From assembly GCF_000011805.1 (NCBI RefSeq), contig NC_006840.2: a DNA stretch of 32,000 nt. One strand, 5' to 3'. Below the pieces are notes generated by a model. That model was not told the origin of the DNA. It ran no database searches and saw only the letters and a list, made by a program, of their open reading frames with translations. Made by a program: the position numbers and the translations under genes. This DNA is from Aliivibrio fischeri ES114. GTDB lineage: Bacteria; Pseudomonadota; Gammaproteobacteria; Enterobacterales; Vibrionaceae. Positions within the stretch are counted from its first letter, which is position 1, and each line of letters starts with the position of its first letter. Below are positions 25,434 through 32,000 of the stretch, one piece after another.

Positions 25434-28400
25434 TTATATGTTAGTCAGTAGCGCTTGTAATGGATGCTTTAACTGCTGTCCTTCAAATCGCTTAACCTGA
25501 CTACGGCATGAATAACCTGTAATCAAGCAACGTTCCTTATCCAAACTAGCTAGATTTCCTTTCCAACTTAATTCATAAATCGCTTTGGATGAGGCTAATT
25601 TTTCTGCCTCATGCCCATACGTTCCTGCCATGCCACAACAGCCAACTGGAACCGTATTTAATTGTAAACCAAAATGACTAAAAATTGCCCTCCACTCCTT
25701 CTCCGCGTTCGGCAATTTCGTTTTTTCCGTACAATGGGCAAATAATTGCCAAGCTCTAGTATCAAATACTGTCGCTTTATCAAATGAGGATAATCGAGGA
25801 TATAGCCATTCATGAACGGTTAACACAGCAAAATCACCACGCTTATCAGCTAAAATCTCATTATACTCATCTCGGTAACAAAGAACTAAAGCAGGATCCA
25901 CGCCAACCATTGGAATATTCAACATAGCGACTTGATTTAAAAATTCACCGCTTGTTTTTGCAGTAGAAGCAAACTGCTTTAAAAACCCTTTAATATGTTG
26001 CGCTTTTCCATTTGGTTTAAATGGAAGTAACATTGGTTTCAAGCCTAAACGTTGAATTAATTCAATAAAATCACTGACCACTTCAGCATCGTAATAGCTC
26101 GTAAATGGGTCTTGAACGATGAGTACATGCTTCTGACGCTCTTTCTCTGAAAGTTCTGATAGCTGTTTCAAGTTAAACTCTGCAATATCATTTGTTCTAC
26201 AACGCTCTTTCAATGTCGGTATAGACAGAAGAGGCATATCGACATAACCGAGTGTTTTCTTCGTAATACTTTTTGTTATTGATTGCTTTAAAACACCATT
26301 AATCAGTTTTGGCGCTTTAGCCATTAACGGCAACATAGTCTCAATATTTGCAACCATATAATCTTTCATCGGACGTTGATAACGACTGTAATAGATATTT
26401 AAGAATCGTGACCTAAAACTTGGCACATCCACTTTTATTGGACATTGGCTCGCACACGCTTTACAAGCTAAGCACCCCATCATGGCTTCATGAACTTCGT
26501 GAGAATAATCGTATTCTCTTTCTTTATTAAACGTGTTTTTAAGGCGATCTATGATCTGTTTAATTGATGGGCGCTTGGTTAATAACTCTTTTTCCAACTC
26601 AATGGGATCGATACCCTGCTCTGAGAGTTGACGTAACCATTCTCGAACTAAACCTGCTCGTCCTTTTGGTGAATGACGTCGATCAGCCGTCACTTTCATT
26701 GATGGACACATTGGCGAACTGGTTTCATAGTTAAAACAGAGACCATTACCATTACATTCCATTGCTTGATTAAAACTGTCTCTTACTTCTACAGGTATTT
26801 GGCGATCATAAAATCCACGCTTAGTGCCACTTACTTTAACCAATTCATCATTACTGTCTAATGGTGTACAGATTTTTCCTGGGTTCATCTTATTGTATGG
26901 GTCAAACGCCGTTTTTACTCGACGCAATTCCGTGAATAGTTCTTCACCAAAGAACTCTGGACCATATTCAGATCGGAAACCCTTACCGTGCTCTCCCCAC
27001 ATTAAACCGCCATATTTAGAGACCAAAGCCACAACTTGATCTGAAATAGTATGCATCAATGCTTCTTGTTCAGGATCACACATATCCAACGCTGGACGCA
27101 CATGCAGAACCCCTGCATCTACATGACCAAACATGCCATAATTTAATTTGTGTGAGTCGAGCAATTCTCTAAACTCTTGGATAAAGTCCGCTAAATTTTC
27201 AGGTGGCACACAAGTATCTTCTGCGAAAGCGACTGGTTTTGCCGCTCCCTTTGTCGCCCCAAGCAGTCCTACCGCTTTTTTGCGCATCGTATATATTTTT
27301 CCGATACTTGCTACATCACTTGTTACTTGATAACCAATGATTCCTGCCGTTCCCGAATGCTGCAATGCTTCTAATTTTTCAATTAAAGTATTAACTTGCT
27401 GCTGTACCTCATCAAGATTAGCTCCGGCAAATTCCACCATATTTAGACCAAGCATTTCTTTATCTGGAACATCGGTGATCAGATCACTCACCGTATGCCA
27501 AACAATATCCTGCTTTGCAAAATTAAGAACACGTGAATCAATGGTTTCTACAGAAAGCGCATTCGCATCTACCATAAATGGGGCATTTCTTAATGCCGCA
27601 TCAAAGCTGTCATATTTAACATTAATTAACGTTCGAGCTTTAGGTATAGGGGTAATATTCACCTTCGCTTCTGTTAAAAAAGCAAGCGAGCCCTCTGCTC
27701 CACATAAAACACGAGTAATATCGAATTCATCATTAGTGGTATCTAAGGCATTTTTTAAATCATACCCAGTCAAGAATCGATTTAATGGCGGAAATTTATC
27801 TTCTATTTTCTGGCGATTATCTCGACACACTTTAGCCGTAACATCTAAAACCTTACGTATTTTCTCCGGCTGCTGATCATAAGATAACTCTGTATTTAAG
27901 CATTCTCCGTTTGCTAAAATAGCAATAACTGCCAAAATATGATCAGATGTCTTGCCGTATTTAAGCGAACCTTGACCTGATGCATCGGTATTGATCATTC
28001 CACCAATCGTTGCTCGGTTACTGGTTGATAAATCAGGAGAGAAGAAAAAGCCATGAGGTCGAAGCGCATCATTTAATTGATCTTTAATTAAACCAGTTTG
28101 AACTCTCGCCCACCCTTCCTCAATATTAATCTCTAATACCTGATTCATATGACGAGAGAGATCAACAACAATTCCTTGCGTTAAAGATTGTCCATTTGTC
28201 CCCGTACCTCCACCACGTGGAGAAAACTGAATAGTTCGATACTCTTCTTTACTTGCCAAGGTCGTTAGACACTCGACATCTTTTGTTGTCTTTGGAAGTA
28301 AAACGGCTTGCGGCAATTGTTGGTAAACACTGTTATCTGTTGCAACAGCTAAACGACTCGAATATGTCGTTTCTATATCACCACTAAAATCAGTACGGCT

Positions 28401-28466
28401 TAATTGCTCTAAATAATCTACAACTTTTGGATCAATCGTAGATTGAAATTGTAACGCTGGTAACAT
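25434..28466 (-). CDS. ydiJ: FAD-binding and Fe-S-binding oxidoreductase YdiJ (D-2-hydroxyglutarate dehydrogenase type)
   Basis: 1010 aa, collinear with E. coli YdiJ (about 1018 aa) as recalled: PRGGGTGTNGQSL, STSNRATIGGMINTDASGQGS, MFGHVDAGVLHVRPALDMCDP, CLACKACASQCPIKVDVP, VGCCGMAGTYGHE. Confidence 0.93.
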   Translation of the reverse strand: MLPALQFQSTIDPKVVDYLEQLSRTDFSGDIETTYSSRLAVATDNSVYQQLPQAVLLPKTTKDVECLTTLASKEEYRTIQFSPRGGGTGTNGQSLTQGIVVDLSRHMNQVLEINIEEGWARVQTGLIKDQLNDALRPHGFFFSPDLSTSNRATIGGMINTDASGQGSLKYGKTSDHILAVIAILANGECLNTELSYDQQPEKIRKVLDVTAKVCRDNRQKIEDKFPPLNRFLTGYDLKNALDTTNDEFDITRVLCGAEGSLAFLTEAKVNITPIPKARTLINVKYDSFDAALRNAPFMVDANALSVETIDSRVLNFAKQDIVWHTVSDLITDVPDKEMLGLNMVEFAGANLDEVQQQVNTLIEKLEALQHSGTAGIIGYQVTSDVASIGKIYTMRKKAVGLLGATKGAAKPVAFAEDTCVPPENLADFIQEFRELLDSHKLNYGMFGHVDAGVLHVRPALDMCDPEQEALMHTISDQVVALVSKYGGLMWGEHGKGFRSEYGPEFFGEELFTELRRVKTAFDPYNKMNPGKICTPLDSNDELVKVSGTKRGFYDRQIPVEVRDSFNQAMECNGNGLCFNYETSSPMCPSMKVTADRRHSPKGRAGLVREWLRQLSEQGIDPIELEKELLTKRPSIKQIIDRLKNTFNKEREYDYSHEVHEAMMGCLACKACASQCPIKVDVPSFRSRFLNIYYSRYQRPMKDYMVANIETMLPLMAKAPKLINGVLKQSITKSITKKTLGYVDMPLLSIPTLKERCRTNDIAEFNLKQLSELSEKERQKHVLIVQDPFTSYYDAEVVSDFIELIQRLGLKPMLLPFKPNGKAQHIKGFLKQFASTAKTSGEFLNQVAMLNIPMVGVDPALVLCYRDEYNEILADKRGDFAVLTVHEWLYPRLSSFDKATVFDTRAWQLFAHCTEKTKLPNAEKEWRAIFSHFGLQLNTVPVGCCGMAGTYGHEAEKLASSKAIYELSWKGNLASLDKERCLITGYSCRSQVKRFEGQQLKHPLQALLTNI

Positions 28467-28647
28467 TGCTCCATGCTCCTTAACTCGCTGATCCCTCAGC
28501 CCTATAATGTTGTTCTATACACACTTTACAGCATCTCGATTGGATAAAACATCCGGTATATGCTATATCCGATAAATATTTGCCGCTTTAAAGGCACATA
28601 TTTTGCTTTGATAATTATTATCTGTGACATTTTTAATAGAGAACGCT

Positions 28648-29337
28648 ATGAAACCAGCAATAAGAAAATCAAAAATAATTACGACGGACGATATCCTATT
28701 AACCTTATGTCGCTCAATGTCAGGAGTGTTAAGTAAAGCTACTCAAAGCTCTGTGACATACTCAGCAATGGTACAAAAGATCACTAAAACAAGTTTAAAA
28801 CCAGATTTTGGCTGTTTTGTTTTATTTGATGGTGGTTTTTCTGGCCTTGTTGTAACTAACTTCACTAAAGACGCTGCATTAGAACTATATACAAAATACA
28901 TGCGCAATATGGGCATGCCAGCTGAAGAATTAGCGATTTTACATACTTCTGATGAAGTGGGTGACGTGCTAGGTGAGCTAATGAACCAAATCGTAGGTGA
29001 TTTCACAGGTCAGATCCGTAAAACACTGCAAACGACGATTTCTCAAAACCAACCTAAGATGCTGTCATTAAATAAACAAGTGATCTTATCGGTTGATACT
29101 AACCTAGATCGCCCACAAGCTCGTCGTGTCACCTTCACGACTGAAAATAATCACATTTTCTATCTTGAACTTGCTATGGATAAAACCGAATTTATTCAAT
29201 TAGAAGAATTTGAACAAGAAGATGAATTCGATGCTGACGATCTATTAGACCAACATCGTTCCGCTAAGAAAGAAGAGAAAAAAACAGAGCCTAATCAAGA
29301 TTTCGATGACTCTTTATTTGATGAGTTAGGTATTTAA
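28648..29337 (+). CDS. DUF3334 family protein with a CheC/CheX/FliY-type phosphatase signature and acidic C-terminal tail
   Basis: The ORF track starts at GTG 28624. The ATG at 28648 (MKPAIRK...) follows AGAGAA and fits family N-termini better. Contains D-VLG-E-LM-N-(22 aa)-P at nt 28963-29055. Confidence 0.8.
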   Translation: MKPAIRKSKIITTDDILLTLCRSMSGVLSKATQSSVTYSAMVQKITKTSLKPDFGCFVLFDGGFSGLVVTNFTKDAALELYTKYMRNMGMPAEELAILHTSDEVGDVLGELMNQIVGDFTGQIRKTLQTTISQNQPKMLSLNKQVILSVDTNLDRPQARRVTFTTENNHIFYLELAMDKTEFIQLEEFEQEDEFDADDLLDQHRSAKKEEKKTEPNQDFDDSLFDELGI

Positions 29338-29371
29338 TACCAACCTACATAAACATTTCATCCTTCCAAAT

Positions 29372-29408
29372 AAAAAAACAGCCAATAATTAATATTGGCT
29401 GTTTTTTT
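29372..29408. terminator. Bidirectional rho-independent terminator (DUF3334 gene / ansB)
   Basis: AAAAAAA, CAGCCAATA (29379-29387), ATTAA, TATTGGCTG (29393-29401), TTTTTTT. Confidence 0.9.
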
Positions 29409-29433
29409 ATTTAAAATACGAAACTATATGCTT

Positions 29434-30495
29434 CTAGTAATACTGAAACATCTTTTGAATTTCTTTGTAGTTTTCCGTTTCAGTTAACGACAACATCAAT
29501 AAAATTCGAGCTTTTTGAGGGTTTAATGTACCCGACGCAACAAAACCGTATTTCGCATCATCTATTTCAGCATCAAGCGTTGTTGAACCTGAACCAGTGC
29601 GAGCACTACGTACAACCACCACCCCTTCTTTGCTTGCTTTAGCTAACTCATCAAATACCGAGTGATAAATATTACCATTACCTACACCCGCACTCACGAT
29701 ACCATCATATTTTGCATCAACCATTGCTGTTACAGGTAATGCTGATGCATTCGCATAGTTGTACACAATACCAACCTTAGGTAAGGTTTTTAACTTTGAT
29801 ACATCAAATTCAGCTTCAGTTGTATGCTTACGTTCAGGGCTACGTTGATATTGAACATCACCATTGTGAATATAGCCTAGAGGCCCAAAATTTGGTGACT
29901 GAAACGTATTTACAGACGTTGTATTGGTTTTGGTTACATCACGAGCATCAAATACCGTATCATTCATTGCAACCAATACACCACGCCCTACAGAATCTTC
30001 ATCCGTTGCCGCAACAACCGCATTATATAAATTGACCGGACCATCGGCACTCATTGCTGTTGATGGTCGCATTGCACCAACCAAAATTACAGGTTTATCA
30101 CTTTTAACAGTAAGGTCTAGGAAATAAGCAGTTTCTTCCATCGTATCTGTGCCATGAGTAATCACAACACCATCAACATCATCTTGAGCTAATAATTCAT
30201 TTACACGCTTTGATAATGTTAGCCATACCTCATCATTCATATCTTGAGAACCGATACTTACGACTTGTTCACCACTAATATCCGCAATTTCTGTCATTTG
30301 AGGTACAGCATGAATCAAAGAATCGACTCCAACTTTACCAGATGTATAGCTAGAACCTGTTGCGGATTGACCTGCGCCAGCAATAGTACCGCCAGTCGCT
30401 AAGATTTTAATATTTGGTAAATCATCAGCAAGACTGATTGAGCTAAAGCAAAGACCAGAAAGCAACATACCTACTGCAATGGCATTCTTTTTCAT
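29434..30495 (-). CDS. ansB: Periplasmic L-asparaginase II
   Basis: 353 aa. Signal peptide MKKNAIAVGMLLSGLCFSSISLA, then ATGGTIAGAG, HGTDTMEETAYFL and GAMRPSTAMSADGP. GGAG SD. Confidence 0.93.
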   Translation of the reverse strand: MKKNAIAVGMLLSGLCFSSISLADDLPNIKILATGGTIAGAGQSATGSSYTSGKVGVDSLIHAVPQMTEIADISGEQVVSIGSQDMNDEVWLTLSKRVNELLAQDDVDGVVITHGTDTMEETAYFLDLTVKSDKPVILVGAMRPSTAMSADGPVNLYNAVVAATDEDSVGRGVLVAMNDTVFDARDVTKTNTTSVNTFQSPNFGPLGYIHNGDVQYQRSPERKHTTEAEFDVSKLKTLPKVGIVYNYANASALPVTAMVDAKYDGIVSAGVGNGNIYHSVFDELAKASKEGVVVVRSARTGSGSTTLDAEIDDAKYGFVASGTLNPQKARILLMLSLTETENYKEIQKMFQYY

Positions 30496-30548
30496 GTTAG
30501 TACTCCATTATAAAAACAATTAATTACGAGAAAATAAAATTACATATT

Positions 30549-30602
30549 TTGATTTAATTCATCATATTTGCTTTTAATTAATGTACCGTGATAACAATCA
30601 CA
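30549..30602 (-). promoter_or_regulatory. CRP-like site and weaker FNR-like site upstream of ansB
   Basis: cGTGA-TAACAA-TCACA at 30587-30602 is a near-consensus CRP site. TTGAT-TTAA-TTCAT at 30549-30562 has a perfect FNR left half and a 3/5 right half. E. coli ansB is known to be CRP/FNR co-activated. Confidence 0.4.
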
Positions 30603-30833
30603 ACTATCATATCCACACAGAACAATATTAGATTTAATTTTTGAAAATCAACAATTTACAAACATAATAAACCACAAACCACACATTCAGAAACATGGTA
30701 ATTACATAGTGATCTGCATCATTAAAATACACATTAACGCCTGAACTTTCCTACTCATCATTTCACTCTATTTCTTTCAAAACCTAGCAGAGAAAGGTAG
30801 AATATCGCCCCCGAAAAAAAGAAAGGTAAAGTC

Positions 30834-31523
30834 ATGTCATCAACAAAGCAAAAGGCCCTTAAAAAGATAGCTAAATGTCTTGAGCTCGGTAATTCAGCAA
30901 ATGTGAATGAAGCCGCTCAAGCCATAAAAATGGCTCATCGCCTTATGCTTAAGTATGGCCTTGAAAAAGATGACATCGAATTTATCAAGATGGGTAAGAC
31001 ACAAAGTATCCATCTGCTTCCTGCTAATGTAGGCAGTAATATATTAAAAATCATCCGTGGTATTAATACCCGCTTTGGTGTCGAAGCCGTATTACTTAAT
31101 CATAAAGGCTTAAAGAAAGTTGAATTCATCGGTTCGGCAGATCGTGCTATTTTTGCAGCTTTCGCATTTGACATTGTTTATCGTGAAATGAATGAACAAA
31201 CGGGACAATTTAAAAACAGCTTTGCAGGAACGGGCACAGGACAGTTAGAAGTCACTAAACGTGTAAATTCATTTTTAGCAGGCTGGATTGAGGGTGCATT
31301 AGAAAAATTACCTGTGATCGCCCCTGATGAAGACTCAGCAAACAAAATTAATGACTACATTGATAAAGAATTCAAAAATATAGACCGCGAAACCTTTAAA
31401 CAGCAATTAAAAGAGGCAATGGCTAATATTACTGCTGATTACGAAAAAGGTTTAAAGAAAGGTCGAACTATTTCAGTTAACCGCCCTGTCGCAGGTGCGC
31501 AAGCGCCAAAACTTCTGAAGTAA
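30834..31523 (+). CDS. DUF2786 domain protein (family common on phage, plasmid and island DNA)
   Basis: 229 aa. The N-terminus KALKKIAKCLELGNSANVNEAAQAIKMAHRLMLKYGL is the DUF2786 signature as I recall it. Confidence 0.75.
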   Translation: MSSTKQKALKKIAKCLELGNSANVNEAAQAIKMAHRLMLKYGLEKDDIEFIKMGKTQSIHLLPANVGSNILKIIRGINTRFGVEAVLLNHKGLKKVEFIGSADRAIFAAFAFDIVYREMNEQTGQFKNSFAGTGTGQLEVTKRVNSFLAGWIEGALEKLPVIAPDEDSANKINDYIDKEFKNIDRETFKQQLKEAMANITADYEKGLKKGRTISVNRPVAGAQAPKLLK

Positions 31524-31636
31524 TACTTTGGTAGCATGTTTGTTAAAAAATTGATGTTACTTTGATTTAAATCAAACGAATGCTCTAGATTGCACGATAC
31601 CTTTAAGTTGTTAAACAAATGTTGCAAGGAGCAATT

Positions 31637-31819
31637 ATGACATTACTAAGAAACCCAAAATGCTATACGGATGTGTGTATTGATGGAAAGTGGTACCACT
31701 ATGATCACTGTGGTACCCAAGTTTATATGCTAAAAGGCGGAGCTGAAGCGTTTTTTGAATTAGATTCAGAGCCCGTAACTGAAAATGAATTAATTGAACA
31801 AATTAAGCAGTTTGGCTAA
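31637..31819 (+). CDS. Hypothetical 60-aa protein
   Basis: The ORF track starts at 31619. The ATG at 31637 is preceded by AAGGAG (31626-31631) with a 5-nt spacer, so it is preferred. Product MTLLRNPKCYTDVCIDGKWYHYDHCG... No family recognised. Confidence 0.5.
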   Translation: MTLLRNPKCYTDVCIDGKWYHYDHCGTQVYMLKGGAEAFFELDSEPVTENELIEQIKQFG

Positions 31820-32000
31820 TTTTCAAATTAATCGCATCATGGCAACAACGAATTGTCTGTAATAGAAAAGGAGTCTGACTTTTGTTACAGGCAACTTGAT
31901 TGATCGATAACAACATACTTCCAGAACTTAAATTCAACGCATCAGATTCGAGCTGAGATGCAGGAATAATCCCTACCTCTATCTCATGTTTTTCCGAATC
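31803..32000 (-). CDS. 3' end (65 codons plus stop) of a gene entering from the right edge, unassigned (possibly the C-terminus of a regulator)
   Basis: Own reverse-strand translation, open from 32000: DSEKHEIEVGIIPASQLESDALNLSSGSMLLSINQVACNKSQTPFLLQTIRCCHDAINLKISQTA, then a stop (TAA, complement of 31803-31805). Overlaps the convergent 60-aa ORF by 17 nt. Confidence 0.35.
   Translation of the reverse strand, partial: DSEKHEIEVGIIPASQLESDALNLSSGSMLLSINQVACNKSQTPFLLQTIRCCHDAINLKISQTA

Noticed and set aside
26824-27876. Antisense ORFs inside ydiJ, including a 179-aa one (27337-27876)
   Set aside because: ydiJ is collinear with E. coli YdiJ across this region. The antisense products are Ser/Thr/Cys-rich low-complexity translations with no SD.
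28743-30127. ORFs 28743-29006(-), 29796-30035(+) and 29924-30127(+)
   Set aside because: They are antisense to the DUF3334 gene and ansB respectively, with no supporting signals.
30496-32000. Calling the right end a prophage or genomic island
   Set aside because: Only one family hint (DUF2786) supports it. No integrase, att repeats, tRNA target or structural phage genes are visible, so it is kept as a low-confidence finding rather than a mobile_element feature.

Overview
AT-rich (roughly 38-40% GC by eye) gammaproteobacterial chromosomal segment. Gene content looks Vibrionaceae-like (Aliivibrio/Vibrio is my guess, not verifiable without a search). I can support about 25 protein-coding genes. 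I found no rRNA, tRNA, CRISPR array, IS element, transposase or integrase. Most intergenic gaps carry clean rho-independent hairpins. Well-recognised genes: iadA plus a DcuC-family transporter with a divergent LysR regulator, a secreted metallophosphoesterase/nucleotidase, tpm, tcyP(ydjN), a DEDDh exonuclease, a CHASE-GGDEF cyclase, udp, zntA, a CBS-pair protein, ydiJ and ansB. Regions worth a second look: (1) 11.65-17.19 kb, a three-gene operon encoding a membrane-anchored DUF2760 protein, translationally coupled to a 606-aa Hsp70-like ATPase and followed by a 938-aa paralogue with a Trp-rich helical extension. It has no J-domain or GrpE partner and sits behind a sigma-32-like promoter. This is my best candidate for an undescribed system. 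(2) 18.40-19.55 kb, an orphan CARF-wHTH-PD-(D/E)xK nuclease (VC1899/Card1/Can2-like) with no cas genes or cyclase nearby, preceded by a triple GATTACRCAT motif that allows two mutually exclusive pairings around its start codon. (3) A DUF3334 protein carrying an exact CheC/CheX/FliY phosphatase signature. (4) A 530-aa protein with a degenerate receiver-like N-terminus. (5) An unannotated 26-codon gene with its own -10 box, SD and terminator. (6) A DUF2786 gene and small ORFs at the right edge that may mark the start of accessory DNA.
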